NCBI GenBank assembly: GCA_951406725.2
Contig: OX597821.1
Coordinates: forward strand, 61,752,001 to 61,816,000
Source of the DNA: Octopus vulgaris
Lineage: Eukaryota
Reading direction: 5' to 3'
Length of the DNA: 64,000 nt
Positions 14,953 to 27,997 of the stretch are shown here, in pieces (position 1 is the first letter of the stretch; the number at the start of each line of letters is the position of its first letter). The notes beneath the pieces are model-generated. The model ran no database searches. It saw only the letters and a program-made list of their open reading frames with translations, and was not told the DNA's origin. The translations under genes and the position numbers were made by a program.

Positions 14953-15450
14953 TCCATCCATCCATCCATCCATCCATCCATCCATCCATCCATCCATCCA
15001 TCCATCCATCCATCCATCCATCCATCCATCCATCCATCCATCCATCCATCCATCCATCCATCCATCCATCCATCCATCCATCCATCCATCCATCCATCCA
15101 TCCATCCATCCATCCATCCATCCATCCATCCATCCATCCATCCATCCATCCATCCATCCATCCATCCATCCATCCATCCATCCATCCATCCATCCATCCA
15201 TCCATCCATCCATCCATCCATCCATCCATCCATCCATCCATCCATCCATCCATCCATCCATCCATCCATCCATCCATCCATCCATCCATCCATCCATCCA
15301 TCCATCCATCCATCCATCCATCCATCCATCCATCCATCCATCCATCCTTCCTTCCTTCCTTCCTTCCATCCTTCCTTCCTTCCTTCCTTCCTTCCTTCCT
15401 TCCTTCCTTCCTTCCTTCCTTCCTTCCTTCCTTCCTTGCATGCATGCATG
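14953..15450. repeat. Compound microsatellite (CCAT)n-(CCTT)n-(GCAT)n
   Basis: About 390 bp of perfect (CCAT)n, about 90 bp of (CCTT)n and a short (GCAT)n, directly abutting the satellite end. Confidence 0.98.
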
Positions 15451-15628
15451 CCTGTTAACCCACGTTTTCAAGGCGATCCAAAATTACTTTATTGCAATAT
15501 GTTTTTTCGGAAATATTAAGTTCAATGATATTTTTTATATACAAATATGCTAATTCAACAGAAACCATTGTCGGCTTCCTAAGGTGACTGCTACAATTAA
15601 AGATGTGATTTCTTGTTTACGCATTTCT

Positions 15629-15681
<53 letters not shown>

Positions 15682-15693
15682 TATATATATATA

Positions 15694-16242
15694 TTGCGTT
15701 GTCAGGAAAGTTCATGCCGATTTATAGTAGCTTACCTTTCGACTTGTTTGAGAACATGGTTGATTCCATATCATAGGATTTGACTACACATCCATTTCGA
15801 GAACAGTTTAAGCTATCTTTCGTGGAAGAGTTTTCTGTTCTTATAACCTGTGTTAATTTTGTAACCCTTTAAAATGGAATATAAGACACTTAATGCTTTG
15901 GGAAGCAGACAAAAGTTGCTGCGGCTCGGCTGAGATGTGCTACTCCACCCTCCATATTCACCAGATATTACTCCTTCGGATTTCTACTTATTCAGGTCTC
16001 TGCAGAATAGTCTTAATGGTAAAAATTTCAATTCCTTGGATGACGTAAAAAGATACCTTGATGAATTATTTTCCATGAAACCCCCTCAATTCTAGGAAGA
16101 GGGTATTTCCAAGTTAAAGGAAAATGGAGACACATTGTGCAACAAAATAGTTCATATTCGGTTGATTAAAAATGTAATAGCAAGTATTTATTGATATTTT
16201 TCTTTCCTTTAAGCATCGGCACGAACTTTCCGAACAACCCAA
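15694..16242 (+). mobile_element. Internally deleted mariner (Tc1/mariner) element with both TIRs
   Basis: Left TIR TTGCGTTGTCAGGAAAGTTCATGCCGAT matches right TIR (rc) TTGGGTTGTTCGGAAAGTTCGTGCCGAT, and both are flanked by TA. From about 15908 to 16168 it translates RQKLLRLG*DVLLHPPYSPDITPSDFYLFRSLQNSLNGKNF...WRHIVQQN, the mariner YSPD motif with stops. Confidence 0.92.
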
Positions 16243-16629
16243 TATATCCGTGTGTCTGTGTTAGTGTGTGTGTGCATGAGTATGCCGGCGGCGTGGGTAT
16301 ACAGAGAGAGAGAGAGAGAGAGAGAGGTGGGGAGAGATGGATAAGTGTCATGTATATACAGTCATGTTGATAGGAAAGAGCTCTCACATCTACTTAGTTA
16401 CATCTATATTACATGTTTTCTTCATTAAGTTTCTATGCTTCGATTCTTACACTTGCTCTTTATAATTATCTGCTTATAATTAGCGTGTTTCCTTTAATGA
16501 TGCAGCTGCGACAGAATCGGAGAATATGAAACCAGTTGTCCCATCGGAAATTACTAATCGTGATCGTCGTGATACTTCATCCGTTTATATATGTCTGTAT
16601 TCACATAGATGTATGTACACAAACGTACA

Positions 16630-16860
<231 letters not shown>

Positions 16861-17479
16861 ATTTGTACGTATGTTATTGGCAGGATATGTAGAAGTCATT
16901 GTTCACGACTTTGAATTTGTAACTTATAAATTATAATGTTTTACTTTTCATAAGTAATTATATTTGCGTATATTGTATTTTAGAGATGCTGCAAGTCGAA
17001 AATTGATTTTCGACGATAGATGAAATTCCTGAGGGTGCTTTCTAATAATTTTCTCTCTACGATCTCAGAATATAGAAACACTGTACTCTATGTATTTCTA
17101 TCATTTTAAAAGCAGGCAGGAATTACGCCGGCGCCTTGGAAAACACATCTATCTCTTTCACATGTTCTTCTGTTTCTCTTCTTTCCCCCCATGAATGCGT
17201 ATTTTTTTGCGCATAGACTCGAAGCATACACCTCTCAAATCTGCTTTGCTCTTATCAATAAAACATATCCCCTTGCGTTAAGTTTCTTAACCGTGATTCT
17301 TCCATTTGGTCTTTATAATTAACTTGTATTTATGTTGGCAGTTCTCTTTAAGAGAATGTAAATGGTGGAGATGTTTCTATTCTGGTTTATAATTTTCACC
17401 CATTTCAGAAACATATATCAACATTGATCCTGACGAAACTCCAACCCTACATCCTTTAAGAATGTTATAATTATGCCAT

Positions 17480-17541
17480 GGCTCATTTTCATCTCATGCA
17501 TATTCTTTGCATAAATTTTCAAGTCATCCACAAAGAAACAT
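17480..17541 (-). mobile_element. RT catalytic-motif fragment of an R4/Dong-like non-LTR retrotransposon
   Basis: Minus strand translates CFFVDDLKIYAKNMHEMKM, comparable to LYMDDLKLYAAN in the element at 34064-36192. It starts immediately after a (CATA)n tract. Confidence 0.6.
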
Positions 17542-17980
17542 GTATGTATGTATGTATGTATGTATGTATGTATGTATGTATGTATGTATGTATGTATGTA
17601 TGTATGTATGTATGTATACGTGTAAATTTGTATGTCTTGTTTTATGTATGTCTTCTGATATATATACTTTCATATTCATATAAAGACATGCTCATATATA
17701 CTTAAATGATAAAGTTCTGAAAAATTTTTGCGGAATTTTACAGTTCCAGTGATGGCTTGGATCTGTTGTCTTTGAATCAGCTTTCGCTTTTTTGGTTTTG
17801 AGGAACCTAATTTTTCAAGATTGGTATTTAGGCAGCGTGTTACATATCCAGGTGCCACAATAATTATGGGTATAAACCTGAAATTATAATCTGAACAGAG
17901 TAACTGCAGATTTCTCAGTAGCTCAGCGTAGGTATTCTCTTTTTCACTGATCCTCAGCTTTATGTTAACATCCGCTGTAC
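17542..17980 (-). mobile_element. 3' fragment of an R4-like RLE retrotransposon (endonuclease C-terminus plus 3' UTR with (CATA)n)
   Basis: Minus strand reads [57 protein letters not shown]...IQAITGTVK, the EK..Y..L...PIIIGALG pattern of the RLE C-terminus. Confidence 0.75.
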
Positions 17981-18448
17981 GTCATTATTCAGCTTATTTA
18001 AAACTTTCTAGGCAACAGAGAAAGAACCGGTTTCTAACTTAGATCCGAGGTTCCTTCTTTGGAATTTCAACATCAGCAACAGGCTATGTATGTATGTATG
18101 TATGTATGTATGTATGTATGTATGTATGTATGTATGTATGTATGTATGTATGTATGTATGTATGTATGTATGTATATATGAATGAATGTATGTATGTATG
18201 AATGTATGTATGTACGTATGTATGTATGTATGAATGTATGTCTGTGCAGATTTGTATGTTTTATGTATGTATATTCATGCATATAGTTGCATATCTACAC
18301 ATGTTCATATATATTGAAATGATAGTCTTCTGGAAAGTTTTACAATTTTTTTTCAGTTCCAGTGATGGATTAGATCTGTGGTCCTCGAATTAGCTTTCTA
18401 CTTTCTGGTTTTAAGAAGTCTAACTTCTCGAGATTGGTATTTAGGCAG
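17981..18448 (-). mobile_element. Second, shorter 3' fragment of the same R4-like family including its apparent terminus
   Basis: 18317-18448 aligns to 17704-17835 (CAGTTCCAGTGATGG...AGATTGGTATTTAGGCAG). It has an internal (CATA)n and ends AAATAAGCTGAATAATGAC on the minus strand. Its 5' junction lies in a (TATG)n tract. Confidence 0.7.
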
Positions 18449-18583
18449 TATGTATATATGTATGTATGCATGTATGTATATATGTATATATACATGTATG
18501 TATATATGTATGTATGTAGGTATTTAGGCAGTATGTATATATGTATGTATGCATGTATGTATATATGTATATATACATGTATG

Positions 18584-18617
<34 letters not shown>

Positions 18618-18630
18618 TGTATGTATGTAT

Positions 18631-19017
18631 TCTTTTATTCTTTTACTTGTTTCAGTCATTTGAGTGTGACCAAACTGTTGCGCCGCCTTGGAGGGTTTTA
18701 ATCGAAAACATCGACTCCCAGTACTTTTTTAAAGATTGTACTTATTCGACCTTCACTTTTGCCAAATCGCTTAGTTACGGGGACGTAAAGTCACCAACAC
18801 CGGCTGATGGAAGAACAAACACACACATGCATGTATATATATATATATATATATATATAATGGGTTTCTCTCAGTTTCCGTCTCCCAAATTCACTCACAA
18901 GACTGGTTAGCCCGAGGCTATAGTGGGAGACATTTACCCAAGGTGCCACGAAGTGGGACTGAACCCGAAACCATGTGGTTGGGAAGCAAGTTTCTTACAC
19001 CACAACTACACCCGCGC
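18631..19017 (-). mobile_element. tRNA-derived SINE, family A (full length)
   Basis: Reverse complement of the copy at 44021-44418, with internal (TA)n/(CA)n and an (AGTAAAAG)-type tail. Confidence 0.9.
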
Positions 19018-20297
19018 ATTTGTATGTACATATGTATGTATGTATGTATGAACATTGTACGTAAGTGTAGAAAATATATTGCTTGTTTCTTTAGTGGCGT
19101 AATTTAGATCGAATATTAATAGAGTTTTTCTTTTTACATATATCATAATATTTTATTTTATCTTTGCGCTGGTTTACACCGACAATTGGCTTTCTCAGTT
19201 ATGTGAATTTTGAGAGTGAGTTTACAATTTCTTTATACTTTTTTTATATTTCTATATATATATATGAAGCAGTGAGGAATTAGTGATACATTTATTTGAC
19301 TACAGTCATACACTCGACCATACACACATCGACTATGTACATGATTCACAAGTTTCAGAATCAGTTCTGGACCTTGATGATACTTCAAAGCTACAGATCG
19401 ATTTGAACGCAATATACAAGTGAGGTAAAAAATATAATACACAGTTTTACACTGACAACTTTCAAGAACTCCGCTACATATAGCAGCTTTTTATGTACAT
19501 CTTGCGATATGTAAATTATATATGCATATAATGTATTATGGAGTAGATAAACCGCTAAAATTGCTTTTCATGGGTTTCTGTGATGTATGAACTTTTTGAA
19601 ACTGCATTTACTGACAATTTGCATTTTATGATTATAGAATACAGTACATTTATACTTTAAATATTTCATCGAAATATGTAAATACGTAATGTATATGCAA
19701 CAAAATAATATAAAAGAAATTCGTTCTATTCAGTATAAATTTTGGGGCAGACATTTGATTTTGCAGTTTGGTGCTCTCAGGAAGATGTGTCTGTTTCTTT
19801 GACGCATTTGGTCAACATAAATTTACTTGAGAGAATTATAGGGATTTGAAAATCTAACTCAGGTAGACTTGATCCAATGTTCCAGGAGGTTGTTGCAGAT
19901 CGGAAAAATGGAGTGTTTCATCCAAATATGAATGCATTTCAATTGGGATATATTATCTAATGGCGAAATCAGAATGTTTCTGATGACATTTTTTATATAT
20001 TAGAACCAATCATATTGTTAGATTCGGTCACATGTGGTGTAAGAGTTTCGCTACCAGTTCTGTGTCCCACACGATTTTAGATCATACAACTACCATATAA
20101 ATGCGATAGAATCTCCTTTCAGTTAAAACTCGAAGTGAAAAATACCAATGGATTGAAAGGAACTGAGGGTCTCTGATGGATAGTTGGCAATATAATAAAG
20201 CTGGACATCCATTAGTAGGGAATTTTAGTCAGAGTATCCTATGGAATCAAAATACCGTTACGTGTGCTATTATATATAGTAATTGAGTGCAGACATA

Positions 20298-20670
20298 TTC
20301 TTTTACTCTTTTATTTATTTATTGTTTTTCTAGTTTCAGTCATTTGACTGTAGCCATCCTGGAGCATCGCCTTTAGTCGAACAAGTCGATTCCAGAACTT
20401 ATTCTTTGTAAGCCTAGTACTTATTCTATCGCTCCCCTTTGCCGAACGTTACGGGGACGTAAACACACGAACATCGGGTGTCAAGCGATGGGGAGGGGGG
20501 GCAAACATAGACACACATACACACACAAACACACATATACGATGGGCTTCTTTCAGTTTCCTCTACCAAATTCACCCACAAGGCTTTGGCGGCCCGAAGC
20601 TATAGTAGAAGGCACTTGGTCAAGGTGCCACGCATATGGACTGAACTCGGAACCATGTGGTTGGGAAGCG
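20298..20670 (-). mobile_element. SINE family A (5' end slightly truncated)
   Basis: Aligns with the other copies (TTCAGTCATTTGACTG...CCATGTGGTTGG). Confidence 0.9.
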
Positions 20671-20968
20671 ACTACAATTTGAGCGTAATTTGAAAATTAA
20701 GTCTCCGTTTTAATTTCTGGTTGATTCAAATTGAAATTTGCTATCAGTTTTCTAAATGGTTAGAAGCATGAGCGTTATTGTATTTGTTATGAACTGTCTA
20801 GGCTTCATCGAAGTCTAGACTATATTTTTTCTGTACGTGCAGCATATAGCAAATTGCTAACAATTCTGTAAAGTATGATGTCCTTCGTTTAAAAACAGAA
20901 ACACTCCAGTAAAAGATTTGATTTATGGTGCAAATGGAAGATACGTTACACATGCAATTAAATACATG

Positions 20969-21458
20969 ACGTGACTGAAAGGTCTAGAGACAAACGCTTT
21001 CCTCTCTGGTGAATCTCTCATCAACTTCTTCTTCAAGTATCACTTAAAGAGGAAGGTGAGAGTAAAGAGGGAAGTTTTGTCTAGTTTCAAAAAAAAAGAC
21101 GGGTGAATGTACCAAGGATGGCACGTGTGAATGACGGAGCCACCTTGTGCACAATCCTTTGAACCAGAAAAGGAAAGGAAAAAAGAGAGTCACTTACTGT
21201 AATGTGTTTTTTGCATGACATTATTGCCTAAGGTTACCGTGGTTTTTTCCCTAGGCTTTTCTTATCACGGATAAACCGAATCTGTTTCCCCTTTCACCTG
21301 TCTGTGATACACGATCCCTACTGATCAGCTTCCTTTCTTTTTCCACAATCCCTTTTGATCGAAATTCTACCCCCATTTTCCTCTTTCCTTCCCCAAAAAG
21401 GAGCTCTAGTTTTTGTATTTTGTCCCCTCTGTGTTCAGCCCTGTGTGGCCAATAAAGA

Positions 21459-21460
<2 letters not shown>
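20969..21460 (+). mobile_element. 3' fragment of an L1/Tx1-like LINE
   Basis: Translates T*LKGLETNAFLSGESLINFFFKYHLKRKVRVKREVL, homologous to TSLKGLKTNTFLLGQSLINFFKFRLKIKIRAGKEVL of the element at 52158-54110. It ends GTGGCCAATAAAGAAA followed by (TATC)n. Confidence 0.82.
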
Positions 21461-21657
<197 letters not shown>

Positions 21658-21932
21658 TGGCCATGTATGACTATATGTCTATACAGCTTGATACGTGTAG
21701 AGATATGTGGGATATATGGAACTCGTAGATGAGAGCTTGTGTAGAAGAATCTAGCTTCATCGGAGATTTGAATACCACTAGCAATTCTATTTGAAAAAAA
21801 AACATTCGTATTATGGAAAAGATTACTGTCGCAAACAGTGTCAAAAACTATATGCGAGAATTGGTGTACAATGTTTCAATAGAAAAAGATACTCTCAGAA
21901 ATATGTAGATTTAGATAAATTCTGCATATGTA

Positions 21933-22095
21933 TACATCACGTGATCACGTGACGGAACAGGCTATCAGATGTTGTTACACGTCGCTGGTCACAATGCGTT
22001 TCGCATTGTTTTAGCCTTTAAATGACGCCACCTCGCTGGCTAATCGAACAGGCCAACAGAAGAAAGAGTGAGAGAAAGTTGGGGCGAAAGAGTAC
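21933..22095. repeat. Probable interspersed repeat fragment of unknown class
   Basis: GC-richer island (CACGTGATCACGTGAC...GGCCAACAGAAGAAAGAGTGAGAG) between microsatellite-like tracts. Recognised from memory only as an octopus repeat; single copy in this window. Confidence 0.4.
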
Positions 22096-23059
22096 AATAT
22101 ACATATATACATGTGTATTGAGTGAGAAATAGTGAGACAGAAAGAGAGAGTGGAGGAGAAAGAGAAAGAGAGGGAAGGTTGCGAAATATCTGTGTGCGAG
22201 TGTATGAGTATTTGCGTGTGGGTGTGAGGACGTGTGGAGTGTTTGTTCTTATGCATATTTTTTTTTCAATATGAGAATATTAGAGCTGGATATTATCCCG
22301 TATTATATTTCACACTATCATTTATTGTGGAAAATAGCTAATCTGTGATTAGTGATACAGCGCCTACTCTGAGCCATTTCTTCGATTTGAAAAATTAGGT
22401 TCTGTAATAAATTACAAAAACACACGCATATTAACATACTTCTGTCTAAATATATGCCACACACATACACACACACACACACACTCACACACACAAACAC
22501 ACACACACAAACACATATGCACACACACATGTATGTTTAATGCTAGAAACGAGTTCTTTGCGTTACTTGTCCTGTTTTCCATTTTTCTCTCTCGTTCTTT
22601 GCGTATTTAACTCACTTGTTTTTGTATATCATGTTGTATATATATATATATATACGTTTATACATCCACATATATGTATTAATATGTTTGGAGAGGACGT
22701 AAATGAATCAATGAGCATGTCGTTCTCCCTACTTCAGCCAACTCATGGCGCCTGGAGATGTAAAATCACTAAGTTTAGTAGCAATTCGTTTGGACACAGC
22801 TTTGGATAAATATTATTCTACACTACTTCAGCGGAAAGAGAGGATTTCTCGTTTAATTGGATCGCATGTGTGCGATAAAATTCCAATAAGAGTATTTATA
22901 TATGCATATGTAAATATGAGTGTGTATGTGTGTGTGTATATCTGTGTGTCCCTCTCTGTGTGTAAGTCTGAGTATGTATGTATGTATGTATGTATTATAT
23001 ATGTATATATGCATGTATGTATGTATGTATATGCATGCATGTATGTATGTATGTATGTA

Positions 23060-23115
<56 letters not shown>

Positions 23116-23755
23116 AATATTTTATAATTATATACTTAATTATAATAGACATGTTTTGGCGTCTATGTTTCAGTGCGTGGTGAAGCACATAGTCAATCCC
23201 TTATTATAATTAATTTTATAATTATAAAATATTTGTAAAATTTACCTATGAAGTTTTTATATCCGCGCTGACCACCTGGTAAAATCATTAAAGATGTTTA
23301 CCCTTTATTATAATTAAATAAATATATATAGATACGAATATAAATATATGTATCTATCTCTGTCTATATATGTATACATGCATATACATATATGTGTTTC
23401 TGTGCATGTGTGTATTTGTTTGTGTGTATGTTTGTATGTGTTCGTGTGTGTGCGCGCCCGTGTGTGTATGAGTGTGTGGCTGTGTTCAGAGTAACCTCCT
23501 GTTGCTCATGAAATTTGGGGGTAGGTATATGTATGTAGATGTATATACCCCACCATCATATGATGAACAATATAGAATATATCTAATTGGTAACAATGCC
23601 CGTCATTTGGATAAACTTAAAGAAAAGCATAAAATATCGAAATAGATTAGCTTATTTGGCAATATTTGAATTTAGGGCGTCGTTTTAGCATTTGATTTAC
23701 ATTAATTTTATGCTACTCATGCCGAGGAAGTATTATTGCATTTGTTAAAGTAATC

Positions 23756-24150
23756 TTAAGTCAGAATACTATATATGTTAGATTCCAATACCTCATGAGG
23801 AAAATCCAACAGCATTTAAAATTTTTCATTCCAAATATACACAATGTAATATTCCAATACCTTATGAATAAGATCCAACGAAATCTTACATATATACCAT
23901 TCTGCCTAAAAAATAGATCTACAAATTCAATATCCATGCATATCTCACACCTATTACCTTTCCTCCATCTCACTCTCTATTTTGTATCCCATCTAAATTA
24001 ATTATTACTTAACCATCCTCTCACACTGCCTCCGATGAAGGGATATAATTAAAAAATATCCTGGAAACATATGTAAGACCTCTATCTATAAACGTTCTAA
24101 TATCTACACAGCCTTGGTTTTTTATCTCATTACGCAAAAAATTTTTACAT
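23756..24150 (+). mobile_element. Probable Penelope-like element terminal region carrying a hammerhead-like motif (24022-24080)
   Basis: CCGATGA-A-GGGATAT(loop)ATATCCT-G-GAAACATATGTA-AGAC, with a palindromic ACATATGT stem III. Boundaries are approximate. Confidence 0.5.
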
Positions 24151-24160
24151 ACACACATCG

Positions 24161-24292
24161 ACATATGACCAACGTTGAACCCTTTATTCACAAAATCACC
24201 GAACCTGGAACTTAACTATGGTCTCTCTATAGCACTTATTCAGCATTACCTGACACTTTTGGGTCTCACTGACACCATTACCTCTTATAACC

Positions 24293-24389
<97 letters not shown>

Positions 24390-24515
24390 ATGAAAGGTAT
24401 TGGTATCCAGAAGACCGATAAGTGTCAGGTAATGCTGAGTAAGTGCTATGGACAGACTAGTTAAGCTCCAAGTTCGATGATGATACGAATGAGGAGTCCA
24501 ACGTAGGTCGCATAT
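24161..24515. mobile_element. Foldback/MITE-like element: about 127-bp imperfect inverted arms around a (TA)n(GA)n spacer
   Basis: 24161-24289 is the diverged reverse complement of 24389-24515. The core ATAGCACTTATTCAGCATTACCTGACACTT pairs with AAGTGTCAGGTAATGCTGAGTAAGTGCTAT. Confidence 0.8.
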
Positions 24516-24520
24516 TAGCA

Positions 24521-24572
<52 letters not shown>

Positions 24573-24740
24573 GTCAATATATTGATTCGTAGAATCCTGT
24601 GACAATCAGAGAAAGCTCCTCCGTTGACCTGAAATCTAACCTTCATTATGTGCATTGATTTGTAACTGTACAATAGTACTGTTTAATGAGTAGCATGTAT
24701 ATTTGTGTAGACATGCAAAATAATTTGTTGTACTCTGAAA

Positions 24741-24781
24741 TTATTATTACATGATGAAGGCTGCGAAACGGCCGTCATAAT
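24741..24781 (+). ncRNA. Degenerate minimal hammerhead-ribozyme-like motif
   Basis: ATGATGA-AGGCTGC-GAAACGGCCGTC-ATAAT, with palindromic ACGGCCGT and a GUC triplet. C3 and stem II are damaged. Confidence 0.45.
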
Positions 24782-24839
24782 ACGGATATCATTTGGTTAA
24801 GTAAATATATTCACCTCTCCCAACTGACTTTCTATGATG

Positions 24840-24993
<154 letters not shown>

Positions 24994-26516
24994 GAAATAG
25001 CTATGGAATGAAGAAGAGGTAGATAACTCGTGAGCCTTGTTTTCAGAAAAATATATTTTCGATTAGAATGTGAATTTGATTCGGGAGTTTGCAACTGCTT
25101 CTGTTGTTCATTGTTGCATCATTGTTTTATATCATTGTTTGACAGACACCCTCGTTAAATTAAATTTTATGAATTTTCCAAATACCGAAAATAATATTCT
25201 TTTAATTATATTGCGTAGAAACGAAGATACTACTTTCATTTTAATAACACTTTTAAAAATGTCATTCGCTGATATCCACGAAAATTGATTTATGAAATTG
25301 CAAACGAGAAAGCGAGTGCACCCACAGACTCTTGTGAGAAAACATGATATCTATTATTGAGAAAATCGTGGAGAAAAATACCTAGGATACATTACTTCTA
25401 AAATAAGATCTTTTTATCAAAGGGTAATTACTAATGCAAATTAAATTATTTTTGTTAAGATAAACTAACAATAGAATTCCACTTATGAAACTTTACTCAC
25501 TACTGAAAGGCTATTAGATAAAACTTACTTTCTAAAAGTTAATTACTACAAAAAGACATTTCTAAGTCCTGTTGTTCAATATTTCTAGTATTTTTTTTGC
25601 GTATAGATGAAACTTTTTTCTATATACATCAGCGTCTCGTATTCTCTGAATATGTTGAATTCTGATGTGCACAGTGGTGAGTTTCTTCACGTTTTACTAT
25701 GTTTACCGATAAACTCTATGAGCATAGTTCTATCAGGACTCGCATGTCTGTGAAAGGAAAGAATCATCATAAGAAACATGCATATATATATATATATACA
25801 TGCATACATATATGCATATATAGATATACACGTTATATATATTTGAAAAAAAAACCCCCAAAACATGGGGGCATGACAGTGAGAAAATAAGAAAACGTGA
25901 ATAAGGTTGGTGCAAAAAAACGGGAACGAGCAAAAAGAAACGAAATCAAGAAAACTAACATCACCATCCTCCCTGCTTGTATAAAGTACATTAAATACAG
26001 ACGATATCTCGATCAGCGGAATTTCGAAATCTTGCATACTCTATACTATAACAACCTAATGAGAATCTGCTTATAATTTGGAAGGGCTCCGGCTAAGTCT
26101 GCCAAAATTAACACCCCAGTGGCAGACTGTGTGGGTGATAAGAATCGTGTTACTGTTATGCCAATCCCGAGGAAGACATACTCAACATTGATGGATTTGT
26201 CTGGTCACATACAAAATCATAGGCTCAGAATGGATAGAGTAGCGTGATGTGAAAAAGGTAATGTGTATTGTGTATGGACAGTCTACAGCAACAGATTCTA
26301 GAAAGGTTTAGTAGAGACATCAAGAAATAAACTAAGTGTAAAACTTCATATAAAAAAAATCCATAGTGTTCTTTATTAACCTGCGTCCGTGATTAGAAAC
26401 CCAGACTTAACCGCAAGTCCAAGTGGGGTGGCACACATGCCTCTTATACAAGTTCTCTTTATTTTACTTGCCTTTTATCTCATTATTTTAATTATTCATC
26501 TATTCGTCTACTTATC

Positions 26517-26547
<31 letters not shown>

Positions 26548-26657
26548 GATAAATAAATATACATACATACATGCATGTGTGTGTATACATATATACATTT
26601 ATACATACAAACTTGTATATGTATATATATATGTATATATATATATATGTATATATA

Positions 26658-26724
<67 letters not shown>

Positions 26725-27997
26725 AACATATATATGTACTGTGATCATGGAGGAGTACCGCCTTTTGGTCGAAGAAATCGGCCCCTGGAATCACTATATT
26801 AAGAGGACGTATACACACCCTCGGTTGTCGGATCTAGTTAAATTGATTCACAAAATCAGCCCCTTTCATTTTGTTCAAATTGCTTTCAATTTTGGTATGT
26901 CGATGCAAATCTCAATTTTGTTGATTACAATCAACCAATTATTGTATCTCGTAAATTAAAGAATCTTATGTCATTTGGAATTAAAGTTGAGAAATTTGGG
27001 TAATTTTAGCCAATCAACCGATAACAGCTTGTTACCATGACAACCGCACGTTGAGTTGTGTTTCACCTCACCCGCATATCGTGATGATTCTTCACACCAC
27101 AACATTTACTTCATCCGCGTGTTTTGTATTAATAAAGATTTATATTTATCAATTAGAATCGTATAATAGATATTTTTCGTTAATTGTCTTAATATTTTAC
27201 ATATTTTTCACACATAGCAAAAGTTGTTTTCGATGTTAATACAGTTTCTTGGTATTATGAAATTGAACGGAATATGTGAGCTTTGTACACAACCCCTCAT
27301 CTACACTTCAAGCACAGTACTGACAAAGTATGGTGACTCATCGACTCAGTATTGGCAAGATTCTTGGACTCATGGACTCAGATAGTTGGATTTATTATTT
27401 CCCTAGGTTAATTCTATTCATAAACATTTAAATTTCTTAAACAGGTCGCTTCACATTTCAACAGCTTAATTAACAGGAACTGAGATGGATATCGTGGAAT
27501 AGAGACATTGTGGGTGATACAGATAGTGTGACAGTTTTAAATTCTGCATGCAAAAACCTATACGATACAGTTATTCTTTTCCTTAGGACAAATTCTTTGT
27601 TGACCAGTGTTATTGTTATCGTAGTTTACAGATCCAAGCATGAAAACGTTACTCAACTCTGGAGTTTTGGAGACAGACACCCGATTTTCACACACACACA
27701 CACATACATGCACATACATATGAATGTATAAATGTATGTACAAACGTATATATGAATACGTACATCCATATGCACTTATTTATTAAAGGTGAACACAAAT
27801 ACATGACTGATATACATAATACTAAAATACACATAAACTAAACACGTGCAGACATATATTAATATAACAAATTAAAAAATTAATTATAATAAACATAAAA
27901 ACACCATAGAAAAATAATAAAATCATACAAAATACTATAGAAATCTATGAAGAGAAAAAAGAAATAGTTAGATGATATATGTTAATTTTATTAGGTA

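Noticed and set aside
14774-15553. Long ORFs (MDGW)n and (PSIH)n
   Set aside because: These are translations of a stop-free tetranucleotide repeat. The same applies to the YI, YLSI, MYVC, poly-S/V/L/Y and poly-I ORFs elsewhere.
16500-16590. Possible exon (cag|...[21 protein letters not shown])
   Set aside because: Weak acceptor, no convincing donor and no recognisable domain.
17990-18085. Hammerhead-like GAAACCGGTT on the minus strand of the R4-like 3' UTR
   Set aside because: No properly placed CUGANGA core, and the residue at the cleavage position is atypical.
19850-20260. Possible ancient RTE LINE fragment
   Set aside because: Only faint motif echoes (LGYII, LERTE), which cannot be supported without a profile search.
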